Below, piece by piece: positions 38,430-46,306 of a stretch of 64,000 nt of DNA (the first letter of the stretch is position 1; every line of letters starts with the position of its first letter). The stretch is from positions 64,133 to 128,132 of the forward strand of contig CAZMCQ010000004.1 in NCBI GenBank assembly GCA_964565195.1. The letters are read 5' to 3'. Both the position numbers and the translations under genes were made by a program. Below the pieces are notes generated by a model. It was given only the letters and a program-made list of their open reading frames with translations, had not been told where the DNA came from and ran no database searches. The stretch is from an uncultured Candidatus Saccharibacteria bacterium (GTDB lineage: Bacteria > Patescibacteriota > Doudnabacteria > UBA920 > 2-01-FULL-46-14).

Positions 38430-39445
38430 TGGCTTTGTTCATCAAGAAATTAGGAATAGATCTCGGTACGGCGAACACGTTGGTTTTTGTGCCCGAGAAG
38501 GGAATCGTCATCAATGAGCCGACCGTTGTCGCGATCAGCCTCCTCGACAACAAGGTTTTGGCAGTGGGCGCGGAAGCCAAAGAAATGCTTGGCCGCACAC
38601 CCGAGACGATCGTGGCACATCGGCCCATGAAGGACGGCGTGATCGCGGATTACCGAGTAACCGAGGCGATGCTCCGCTATTTTATTACCAAGGCGATTGG
38701 AAGAGTTTGGCTCTTGCGGCCCGAGGTGATGATCTCTGTCCCCGGCGGCATTACCTCCACAGAAAAGCGCGCCGTGGTGGATGCAGCGCAGAGCGCGGGC
38801 GCGAAAGCCGCTTTTGTCATCAAAGAAACTGTCGCGGCCGCGATCGGTGCCGGCATAGATATCTCGACGCCTTCGGGCAATATGATTATTGATGTCGGCG
38901 GGGGCACGACTGACGTGGCCGTGCTTTCCCTGGGTGGAATTGTTAATTCCACGTCCGTACGCGTGGCCGGAAACAAGATGGATGCCGCGATTGCGGAATA
39001 TATCCGCAAAAAGCATGGCCTCGCCATCGGCGACCGCACGGCCGAGGAGATCAAGATAGAAATCGGTTCGGCCCTGCCGCTGGAGGAAGAAATGGAGATG
39101 GAAATCCGCGGCCGCGACTTGGTGCAGGGCCTGCCGCGCACGATCCGCGTGCGGACCAATGAGGTCGTGGAAGCCATCCAGGAGCCGCTGCGCGAGATTA
39201 TCCAGGCCGTGCGGCACGTGTTGCAGGAAACTCCGCCGGAACTATCATCGGACATCATTGATAAAGGCATGGTTCTGACCGGCGGCGGGGCGAATCTGCG
39301 CAATATTGACCGCCTGATCGCGCAGGCGACCGGCGTGCCGTGCTATGTGGCCGACCAGCCCGAGCTCTGCGTGGCCAAAGGCACGGGCGTGGCTTTGGAA
39401 AATTTGGAGAGTTATAAACGCAGCGTTTTGGCCACAAACCGATAG
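38429..39445 (+). CDS. mreB: rod-shape protein MreB (paralog 1)
   Basis: ...GIDLGTANTLVFV... and ...IIDVGGGTTDVAV... Confidence 0.9.
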   Translation: MALFIKKLGIDLGTANTLVFVPEKGIVINEPTVVAISLLDNKVLAVGAEAKEMLGRTPETIVAHRPMKDGVIADYRVTEAMLRYFITKAIGRVWLLRPEVMISVPGGITSTEKRAVVDAAQSAGAKAAFVIKETVAAAIGAGIDISTPSGNMIIDVGGGTTDVAVLSLGGIVNSTSVRVAGNKMDAAIAEYIRKKHGLAIGDRTAEEIKIEIGSALPLEEEMEMEIRGRDLVQGLPRTIRVRTNEVVEAIQEPLREIIQAVRHVLQETPPELSSDIIDKGMVLTGGGANLRNIDRLIAQATGVPCYVADQPELCVAKGTGVALENLESYKRSVLATNR

Positions 39446-39482
39446 TTTTGACACAATAAACCTCGCAGGCGTATAGTCAAAT

Positions 39483-39650
39483 TATGCTTGTTTATAAATG
39501 TGACTTGTGCAAGAAAATTTTAAAAGACCGAGAAAAAAGCGTAACCGCCGGTTTTGGCTGGGACTCGAAAGTGCTCTGTACTGATTGCGGTAAACCGGTA
39601 GTCAAATTTTTGCTTCAGCAGAAACTTATAGAAAAAGACTCGACATTATG
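39483..39650 (+). CDS. 55-aa zinc-ribbon protein (CxxC...CxxC)
   Basis: MLVYKCDLCKKILKDREKSVTAGFGWDSKVLCTDCGKPVV... The stop overlaps the next ATG (ATGA). Below the ORF-track size cutoff. Confidence 0.35.
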
Positions 39651-39938
39651 ACAAACGATAAAGATCAACCAATAACTTCAAAATACCTTCTGGAATTTAC
39701 GCAGAAGTACATTTTGCCTGAAGTGAGAACGATAGTTAAAGAGGAGAGTAATTCGGCCAAGAATGAAATTCTTACAAGTAACGACAAACTGTCGGTTAAA
39801 CTGGATAAAATTCTCAAGGAACAGGCCGCGCATTCACAGAGTTATCAGCGATTGGAAAAACGGATCAATGTTCTTGAAGAAGTAGTCAAAATTCTTGCGG
39901 AAAAAGCAGGAATTAGTATCGATCTAAGCAAAATTTAG
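39648..39938 (+). CDS. hypothetical coiled-coil protein (96 aa)
   Basis: Heptad-rich, in an AT-rich region. Translationally coupled to its neighbours. Confidence 0.45.
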   Translation: MTNDKDQPITSKYLLEFTQKYILPEVRTIVKEESNSAKNEILTSNDKLSVKLDKILKEQAAHSQSYQRLEKRINVLEEVVKILAEKAGISIDLSKI

Positions 39939-40558
39939 TGCCAGAATCGTCCGAGAAACCAAAATACCTTCCGCCGCAAATCTGGATACCAGTTTTAACG
40001 TCCGCGATCTCCCTCGCGGTTGTTTTCGTTTTGTGGGGCCTAAACCGCGATGCGCTGTATCAGACGCAGAATCAAATTCCCTCTCCAGGTGGTGGAGAGG
40101 GTGAGGGAGAGGTCGCTAACTGGCAAACTTATCGGAATGAGGAGTATGGATTCGAGGTGAAGTATCCGCGTGAATGGTTTTCTTTACTAGATAAGAATAA
40201 TTTACAACTCTGGTCGCCTCAAAATTGGGACGCTCAGAACACTATTAATTCTTATGCCACGTTGCCAAATATAGCGTTTGCGATTCAAGATAATCCTGAA
40301 AAGTTAACTTTCCTTGAGTGGTTTCAGCAAAACTATGGGGAGAAAGATTTTGTTGGAGAAAATCCTAAAAAGGTGACCTTAAGCAATGGAAGTTCGGCTT
40401 ATTTTGTTAGACTGCCGGGTTTAGGAGATGGTGATAGCACTCTTTTTGTTTCCTCCGAGAAGCAGCGAGATTTTATCAAAATTTTTATTCAGAAGCCTTA
40501 TTCTGAACTCGAGAGTTTCGATAACCAAATCCTCTCCACTTTCAAATTCACGAAATAA
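39938..40558 (+). CDS. hypothetical membrane-anchored/exported protein carrying an in-frame palindromic repeat insert
   Basis: GTG start overlapping the previous stop. TM segment LTSAISLAVVFVLW. The PSPGGGEGEGE stretch is encoded by the palindromic repeat at 40077-40115. Confidence 0.5.
   Translation: MPESSEKPKYLPPQIWIPVLTSAISLAVVFVLWGLNRDALYQTQNQIPSPGGGEGEGEVANWQTYRNEEYGFEVKYPREWFSLLDKNNLQLWSPQNWDAQNTINSYATLPNIAFAIQDNPEKLTFLEWFQQNYGEKDFVGENPKKVTLSNGSSAYFVRLPGLGDGDSTLFVSSEKQRDFIKIFIQKPYSELESFDNQILSTFKFTK
40077..40115 (+). repeat. palindromic repeat family 1, copy F (CCCTCTCC-aggtggtg-GGAGAGGG tga GGGAGAGG), in-frame in a CDS
   Basis: Inverted repeat seen in the sequence. Confidence 0.6.
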
Positions 40559-40737
40559 TGTATTGACGTGGAAACCACGGCCGTAGTCTCCGCGTCGATG
40601 AAGAGATTGCAATGTCGGTGGAAAAAAGAGCTAGAATCTATTGTACCAAAATTCTAGCAATTGCGTGATTTTAGGTAGAAAATTTTTTATTTCTTTTCAT
40701 TACATAACTTTACAAGATTGAAAGTCAGCCTTTCTTC

Positions 40738-40768
40738 CAACCTCTCCCCATCGCCCGGGGAGAGGTGT
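40738..40768 (+). repeat. palindromic repeat family 1, copy A (CCTCTCCCC-atcgcc-CGGGGAGAGG), intergenic, followed by TATAAT
   Basis: Perfect 9-bp inverted repeat. Confidence 0.7.
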
Positions 40769-40774
40769 ATAATT

Positions 40775-40890
40775 TACTTGTCATTCCCGCCCCCCGATCG
40801 CAGTCGAGGGCAAGCTTCGCGGGAATATATAATAATGGAACTGGATTCCGGGTCCCTCCAAAGGCGGGCAGGCAGGCCCGGAATGACAGA
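40775..40890 (+). repeat. family 2 hairpin module variants (TGTCATTCCCGC...GCGGGAATATATAAT and GGATTCCGGG...CCCGGAATGACA) upstream of the glycosyltransferase
   Basis: Shares ATTCC(C/G)GC-loop-GC(G/C)GGAAT(GACA) with 42117-42144 and 58278-58302. Confidence 0.6.
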
Positions 40891-40898
40891 TAAAGATT

Positions 40899-42113
40899 AT
40901 GATACTGGGCATTGATGCGAGTCAGGCGAACAGGAAGGTCAGAAGCGGGACGGAGTGGTATGCTTTCCATTTGATAGATGAGTTCAAAACGCTGCTGCGC
41001 GATCGATCTGATGTCCGCGTGGTTTTGTATCTGAAAGACGCGCCGCAGGCAGATTTGGTCAATAACTTGCCCGACAATTTTTCGGTGAAGATATTGCGCT
41101 GGCCATTGAAATATTTTTGGGGACAAATCAGGTTATCATGGGATATCCTGCGAAATACGCCCGATGTATTATTTTGCCCAGCTCATACAATTCCAATCTC
41201 GACCTCTCTCCTAACCTCTCCCCATCACCTGGGGAGACGAAGAATGCGGGTATTTACGACCTTGCATGACATTGGGTTTGAGGATAATCCGGAACTTTAT
41301 GATAAATTGTCGCTTTGGTACCATCGCTGGTCGGCGAAATTTGCGGTGAAACATGCGTATCATATTTTTACGATCTCGGAATTTTCAAGGCAAAGAATTA
41401 TGGAAGTGTATGGGTGTCCGGAGGAGAAGTTGAGTGTCACTTATCTTGGGGTTAACCCCTCTGCCCCTTCGGGGCATCTCCCCTCGCCAGGAGAGAGAAA
41501 AAATGAATATTTATTATTTGTAGGCAGACTCGAGCCAAAGAAGAATATTCTGAACATCGTGAAGGCGTATGAAAAATTTGTGTCATTGCGAGCGCAAGCG
41601 AAGCAATCCCAGGGCGAAACCGAGATTGCTTCGTCGCAAGCTCCTCGCAACGACATTCCGGATCTTATCCTCGCGGGACGCAAAGTCAGGGTTGCCGATG
41701 TTGAAGATTATTTATCCAAAAGGTCTGAGCTTGCCAAACGCGTTAGATTCACGGGCTACATCAGCGAGGGGGAAAAGCAACAGCTTTATCGCGATACCGC
41801 CGTATTTGTTTTCCCCACTTTTTATGAAGGATTTGGGATCCCCATTCTGGAAGCCCAGAGTTTTGGCGTTCCGGTGATTACGTCCAATCGCACAGCTAAC
41901 CCAGAAATAGCGGGCGAGGGCGCGCTGATTGTTAATCCGGAAAGCGTGAATGACATCGCGGCAGCCATTGGGAAACTTTTGGGCGACCAAAGTTTACGTG
42001 AGGAGAAGATTAGATTAGGATTAGAGAATGTGAAGCGATTTAGTTGGGGAGAGACGGCAAAACTGACATTAGCAAAGCTGATGTCATCCCGGACTAGATC
42101 CGGGAACTATTAA
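40899..42113 (+). CDS. GT4-family glycosyltransferase carrying two in-frame palindromic repeat inserts
   Basis: ...YLLFVGRLEPKKNI... and ...FVFPTFYEGFGIPILEAQSFGVPVI... The inserts are TSPHHLGRRR (41205-41245) and PSAPSGHLPSPGER (41455-41500). The C-terminal tail SSRTRSGNY is encoded by hairpin 42087-42105. Confidence 0.85.
   Translation: MILGIDASQANRKVRSGTEWYAFHLIDEFKTLLRDRSDVRVVLYLKDAPQADLVNNLPDNFSVKILRWPLKYFWGQIRLSWDILRNTPDVLFCPAHTIPISTSLLTSPHHLGRRRMRVFTTLHDIGFEDNPELYDKLSLWYHRWSAKFAVKHAYHIFTISEFSRQRIMEVYGCPEEKLSVTYLGVNPSAPSGHLPSPGERKNEYLLFVGRLEPKKNILNIVKAYEKFVSLRAQAKQSQGETEIASSQAPRNDIPDLILAGRKVRVADVEDYLSKRSELAKRVRFTGYISEGEKQQLYRDTAVFVFPTFYEGFGIPILEAQSFGVPVITSNRTANPEIAGEGALIVNPESVNDIAAAIGKLLGDQSLREEKIRLGLENVKRFSWGETAKLTLAKLMSSRTRSGNY
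41205..41245 (+). repeat. palindromic repeat family 1, copy B (AACCTCTCCCC-atcacct-GGGGAGACG) inside the glycosyltransferase ORF
   Basis: Near-identical to copy A. Confidence 0.7.
41455..41500 (+). repeat. palindromic repeat family 1, copy C (CTGCCCC-ttc-GGGGCA; TCTCCCCT-cgcca-GGAGAGAG) inside the glycosyltransferase ORF
   Basis: Imperfect double hairpin. Confidence 0.55.
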
Positions 42114-42165
42114 GAATGGATTCCCGCCTTCGCGGGAATGACAATTTGAGAAAATGCTATAATAT
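42083..42165 (+). repeat. family 2 two-hairpin gene-boundary module: TCCCGGA-ctaga-TCCGGGA, AACTATT, ATTCCCGC-cttc-GCGGGAAT-GACA, then TGcTATAAT
   Basis: The glycosyltransferase stop codon lies inside the module. The -10 at 42158-42163 is 8 nt before the holB ATG. Paralogous to 58226-58308. Confidence 0.7.
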
Positions 42166-42171
42166 GCGCAA

Positions 42172-42951
42172 ATGATCGGACACGAGAAACAAAAAGCGAT
42201 GTTCGAGCGAGCCATAAAGAACGGCCAGCTGTCGCACGCCTATGTTCTGGCCGGGCCAGAGAACATCGGCAAAACAACGTTTGCGATCGAGTTCGCGCGC
42301 GAGCTTGGCTGCCACCCGATCCTCGACACCACGCTATTTGATCTAGAAAACAGTATGACGATCGAACAGGCGCGGGAACTGCAGCATATTTTGAATCTCA
42401 CCTCCGCGACCGGAAAGCACAAAGTCGCGATCATTTCTTACGCCGACCGGATGACCGAGGCAGCGGCCAATGCGATTCTCAAATTTTTGGAAAACCCGCC
42501 CAAGCGTACGATTATTTTTTTGATTACCGCAAATTACTATGCGCTTCTCCCGACGATTGCCTCGCGCGTGGTGCGCGTCAATTTTTCTCGCCTTTCCGAT
42601 GATGAAGTGCGCAAGGCAGTTTCCGATGAGAAAATCGTGGGATTGGCTTGCGGCCGTATCGGTCTAGCTAAACGTCTTGTCGAAAACCCCGAGGAATTGC
42701 AATTTTTTCAGAATGCGTGGCAGCAATACAAAGTTTTGGAAGCCGGAAAGCAGCACGAGCGCCTGCTTGCCGCCGAAAAATTTTATGAGCTGGAAAGTCA
42801 TTTGCTGGCCAAACTTTTTTCTTTCTGGATGCAGGAATGGGCCGAAAAACCAGAAGGTGTCACGCTGGGCCGGCGTCTCCGCACGGCATTTGCGGATCTG
42901 CGCTATAATTTAAATACTAAAATCCTTCTGGATAATTTATTTTTGCCATGA
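42172..42951 (+). CDS. holB: DNA polymerase III delta-prime subunit
   Basis: ...AYVLAGPENIGKTTFA... AAA+ clamp-loader fold. Confidence 0.75.
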   Translation: MIGHEKQKAMFERAIKNGQLSHAYVLAGPENIGKTTFAIEFARELGCHPILDTTLFDLENSMTIEQARELQHILNLTSATGKHKVAIISYADRMTEAAANAILKFLENPPKRTIIFLITANYYALLPTIASRVVRVNFSRLSDDEVRKAVSDEKIVGLACGRIGLAKRLVENPEELQFFQNAWQQYKVLEAGKQHERLLAAEKFYELESHLLAKLFSFWMQEWAEKPEGVTLGRRLRTAFADLRYNLNTKILLDNLFLP

Positions 42952-43994
42952 ACGGAAAAAGTATAGCGAGGGTTGCGCTTGTGATTCTGCCGGTTTTATT
43001 TACGGCCCAGGCCTGTAATTTTCTTTTTGGCGATATTCTGGGCGGCACTGACCAGGGCAGCGGCGTGCGAGGCGTATTCAAAAGCGTGGACGCCGGCGAG
43101 ACGTGGGCCGCGGCAAATGAATCCGCCGGAGAAGTCAAGCTTTCTGACTCGCAGGTTTATCGGCTGTTCATTGAGCGATATAACCCGATCAATATATTGG
43201 CCGCAACCTTGGATGAGGGCGTGTTTGCCAGTTCCAATGAAGCGGAGTCTTGGGGCATCCTTTTACCAAATTTTTCGACCTTTGAAGTTTTTATCAACCC
43301 AAACAACAGCCAGGAAATTTATGTGTCGGGATCGAGCGGCAAACTGGCCACAATCTTCAAAAGTTCCAATCGCGGCGGAACGTGGGAGGAAGTTTACCGG
43401 CAGCCGAATGTCGAGGCCGAGGTGAGCGCCATGGCTTTCGATCCGGTAACGCCCAGCACATTTTATGCCGGGCTTTCTTCGGGCACGCTGCTCAAAACGA
43501 CTGACGGCGGGGAAACGTGGAGAAACCTCGTGGATTTTGGCGACCGCATCAGGCAAATCGAAATCGCGCAAAGCCCCGCGCGGACAATTTATGTGTTGTT
43601 AAAGGGCAAGGGCCTAAAGCAAAGCTCGGACGGCGGCCAGTCCTGGGCCTCGCTGCTGCTGCCTGGCAATCCGGCAAGTTATAATCATTTAGTTTTAAGT
43701 CCCAGCAATCTCGTCTATGTCGCCACAGGGAATGGCCTTTATCAATCTCTTGATAGCGGGAAAACCTGGCGACGGTTCTTGCTTCCCGTGCAGGCGACCA
43801 GCGATGATGTCTCGGCTGTGGCCGTTGACCCGAAAAATTCGCGCTTTATTTACGCTGCCATAAGGTACGTGTTTTTTAAAAGCGCCGACGGCGGCGCGAC
43901 CTGGCAGACAGTATCGTTGCCGACGCGGCGTTTGATCAGCGATATCGTAGTTAATCCTAACGAACCCAACAAGATCTATGTCGGACTTCGCTGA
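42948..43994 (+). CDS. secreted BNR/Asp-box repeat (beta-propeller) protein
   Basis: Signal peptide plus repeated S-x-D-x-G-x-T-W motifs (SVDAGETW, TTDGGETW, SSDGGQSW, SLDSGKTW, SADGGATW). Confidence 0.7.
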   Translation: MNGKSIARVALVILPVLFTAQACNFLFGDILGGTDQGSGVRGVFKSVDAGETWAAANESAGEVKLSDSQVYRLFIERYNPINILAATLDEGVFASSNEAESWGILLPNFSTFEVFINPNNSQEIYVSGSSGKLATIFKSSNRGGTWEEVYRQPNVEAEVSAMAFDPVTPSTFYAGLSSGTLLKTTDGGETWRNLVDFGDRIRQIEIAQSPARTIYVLLKGKGLKQSSDGGQSWASLLLPGNPASYNHLVLSPSNLVYVATGNGLYQSLDSGKTWRRFLLPVQATSDDVSAVAVDPKNSRFIYAAIRYVFFKSADGGATWQTVSLPTRRLISDIVVNPNEPNKIYVGLR

Positions 43995-44517
43995 TTTTGA
44001 AAAAGCAATTGAGTTTTTGAAAGTAGAATTGGGAAAACTACGGACAGGGCGGGCGAATCCCGCGCTCATTGAAGATTTGAAAATTGATTATTATGGCGCG
44101 CCGACGCCAGTCAAGCAAGTCGCGAGCATTTCCGTGCCCGAAGCTCGGCAGCTCCTGGTGCAGCCGTGGGATAAAAATGCCCTCGCTCCTTTGGAAAAAG
44201 GCATCCGTGACGCGGGCCTCGGGCTCAACCCGACAAACGAAGGCGACAAGCTCCGTATCACTTTGCCGGCGCTTAATGAGGAACGCCGCCGTGAGCTTAC
44301 AAAACTCGTTGGCAAGTTTGCCGAAGAAGCGCGCGTGCGTATCCGCAATGCGCGCGAGGAAATTATAAAAGACTTGAAGCGCAAAGAAGAAGCCGGCACA
44401 ATTTCCGAAGACCAAAAGATGCGGGAGCAAAAAAAACTTCAGGACCAGGTGGACGAATTCAATAAAAAAGTCAAAGAAATCGCAGAAACCAAAGAAAAAG
44501 AAATAATGACGGTCTAG
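43978..44517 (+). CDS. frr: ribosome recycling factor
   Basis: ...FEKAIEFLKVELGKLRTGRANPALIEDLKIDYYG... Confidence 0.9.
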   Translation: MSDFADFEKAIEFLKVELGKLRTGRANPALIEDLKIDYYGAPTPVKQVASISVPEARQLLVQPWDKNALAPLEKGIRDAGLGLNPTNEGDKLRITLPALNEERRRELTKLVGKFAEEARVRIRNAREEIIKDLKRKEEAGTISEDQKMREQKKLQDQVDEFNKKVKEIAETKEKEIMTV

Positions 44518-44540
44518 CGGGTCTTGTGGTAGAATAAATT

Positions 44541-45653
44541 ATGATTCTGCTGACTATCCTCGTTTTTATCATCATCCTTGGCCTGCTTGTGTTTGTACAC
44601 GAGTTCGGCCATTTTGTGATGGCGAAGAGGGCCGGCATGCACGTCCAGGAGTTTGGTTTTGGTTTTCCGCCGCGATTGTTTGGCATTCGCCGCGGGGAGA
44701 CGATGTACTCCGTAAACTGGATACCGCTTGGCGGGTTTGTAAAAATCGCAGGCGAAGAGGGGCACTCGGACGACCCGCGCGCATTTGCCAACAAAAGCTT
44801 CGGGCAGCGCCTGGCAACACTCCTGGCCGGCGTGACCATGAACTTTATCCTCGGTTGGTTTTTGATTTTCCTGGGCTTTTTGGCCCTCGGCGCGCCGACT
44901 GACCTCGAGGATAATCCGTATTTGGCAAATGCGAATATTCGCAGTGAAGAAATAGGTATAATCGTGGTTCAAGGCGATTCGCCGGCCGAAGCTGCGGGTT
45001 TTCGCGCCGGCGACGTGATATTGTCAGTGGACGGGCAGAAATTTACCGAGATCATGCCGCTTATTGACTACACCAAAAGCCGCGCTGGCAGCCCGGTGAA
45101 TTATGAACTGAAACGCGGCAAAAAAATTATCAATAAGCAGGTGGTGCCGCGCACTGAAGTTGCCGAAGGAGAAGGGCCGGTCGGATTTGCACCGGCCAAA
45201 ATCGGGATTGTGACTTACCCCACTCTTACCGCTTTAAAGCTTTCGCTTTTTGCCTTTGTGAGCAAAGCTATCCTGATTTTCTCGGCCTTTGGCCTGTTGA
45301 TTAAAAACATCCTTACTACCGGCCACGTTATCGAAGGTTTGTCCGGTCCTGTTGGCATTGCCGTTCTGACGCGCGACTTTACGCAGCTCGGGATAATTTA
45401 CCTCGTGCAGTTCGCGGCCACGCTCTCTATAAATCTTGGGGTGATCAACGCCTTTCCCTTTCCGGCGCTCGACGGCGGCCGCGTGCTGTTCTTATTCGTT
45501 GAAAAGATCCGCGGAAAAAAGAGCATCAAATGGGAACAGTATGCGAACGTTATCGGCTTCGCGCTCCTGATGCTCCTTATGGTTGCCATCACCTTCCGCG
45601 ACGTCGGCAAATTTTCGGAGCAGTTTAAGAATTTGTTTGAGAGGATATTATAA
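44541..45653 (+). CDS. rseP: RseP-like site-2 zinc metalloprotease (M50) with a PDZ domain
   Basis: HEFGHFVMAKRAGM near the N-terminus, then multiple TM segments. Confidence 0.85.
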   Translation: MILLTILVFIIILGLLVFVHEFGHFVMAKRAGMHVQEFGFGFPPRLFGIRRGETMYSVNWIPLGGFVKIAGEEGHSDDPRAFANKSFGQRLATLLAGVTMNFILGWFLIFLGFLALGAPTDLEDNPYLANANIRSEEIGIIVVQGDSPAEAAGFRAGDVILSVDGQKFTEIMPLIDYTKSRAGSPVNYELKRGKKIINKQVVPRTEVAEGEGPVGFAPAKIGIVTYPTLTALKLSLFAFVSKAILIFSAFGLLIKNILTTGHVIEGLSGPVGIAVLTRDFTQLGIIYLVQFAATLSINLGVINAFPFPALDGGRVLFLFVEKIRGKKSIKWEQYANVIGFALLMLLMVAITFRDVGKFSEQFKNLFERIL

Positions 45654-45657
45654 ATCC

Positions 45658-45686
45658 TTGAAAAAGAACCTAGGTTGCTGTATAAT
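45658..45686 (+). promoter_or_regulatory. near-consensus promoter TTGAAA-17nt-TATAAT with the hicB ATG 6 nt downstream (leaderless)
   Basis: -35 at 45658-45663, -10 at 45681-45686, ATG at 45693. Confidence 0.6.
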
Positions 45687-45692
45687 CAGGAC

Positions 45693-45920
45693 ATGAAGCA
45701 CATCATCCAATTTCGCATAACCAAGTACGAAAACTACTATGTGGCCGAAGGGCTGGATCTGGCTATTGTTACCCAGGGTAATACTTTAGACGAGGTGGTG
45801 GCAAATTTGAAAGAAGCGCTCCAGCTTCATCTGGAAGGCGAAAATCTGACATCTCTTGGGCTTGCCCCTGATCTCCACGCCTTAGTTAATTATGAAGTAG
45901 TAGACCTAGTGCGTGCCTAA
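45693..45920 (+). CDS. hicB: HicB-family antitoxin
   Basis: MKHIIQFRITKYENYYVAEGLDLAIVTQGNTLDEVVANLKEALQLHLEGE... (UPF0150/HicB fold). Confidence 0.72.
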   Translation: MKHIIQFRITKYENYYVAEGLDLAIVTQGNTLDEVVANLKEALQLHLEGENLTSLGLAPDLHALVNYEVVDLVRA

Positions 45921-46155
45921 ACTTCGGGTATTGTCAGGGCAGGACTTGGTTAAAATTTTCAATAAGCTCGGATTCGCTGTGGCTGCCCAAAGAGGCAGCC
46001 ACATTAAACTTAGACGAGTTACGGCCGACGGTTCAGTTCAGATTTTGACTATTCCAAGTCACAAGGAAATCAAAACAGGGACGTTAAAGGCAATCTATAA
46101 CCAAGCTTTGCGATTTATTTCGGAAGCAGAATTGAGAAAGGAATTTTATCAATGA
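45913..46155 (+). CDS. hicA: HicA-family mRNA interferase toxin
   Basis: ...LSGQDLVKIFNKLGFAVAAQRGSHIKLRRV...VQILTIPSHKEIKTGTLKAIYNQA... Overlaps hicB by 8 nt. Confidence 0.78.
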   Translation: MPKLRVLSGQDLVKIFNKLGFAVAAQRGSHIKLRRVTADGSVQILTIPSHKEIKTGTLKAIYNQALRFISEAELRKEFYQ

Positions 46156-46303
46156 CCCCCAAAGAAACCAAAATTTTGGCAGGAGTAATCGGTGCGGTCG
46201 TGCTGATCGCAGGGTTTATTTATGCTGAAAAAGTGCGACAACGACAAGCCAATCCGCAGCCGCAGAATCAATCACAATCCATGAGGGGGGAGAAACCTAC
46301 TTA
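46151..46303 (+). CDS. 50-aa single-TM peptide overlapping the hicA stop (ATGA)
   Basis: MTPKETKILAGVIGAVVLIAGFIYAEKVRQRQANPQPQNQSQSMRGEKPT. Below the ORF-track size cutoff. Confidence 0.3.
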
Positions 46304-46306
46304 AGT

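Noticed and set aside
40718-40915. ORF-track 65-aa ORF MKVSLSSNLSPSPGERC...
   Set aside because: It is built entirely from the family-1 and family-2 palindromic repeats in the intergenic repeat nest and has no RBS. Treated as non-coding.
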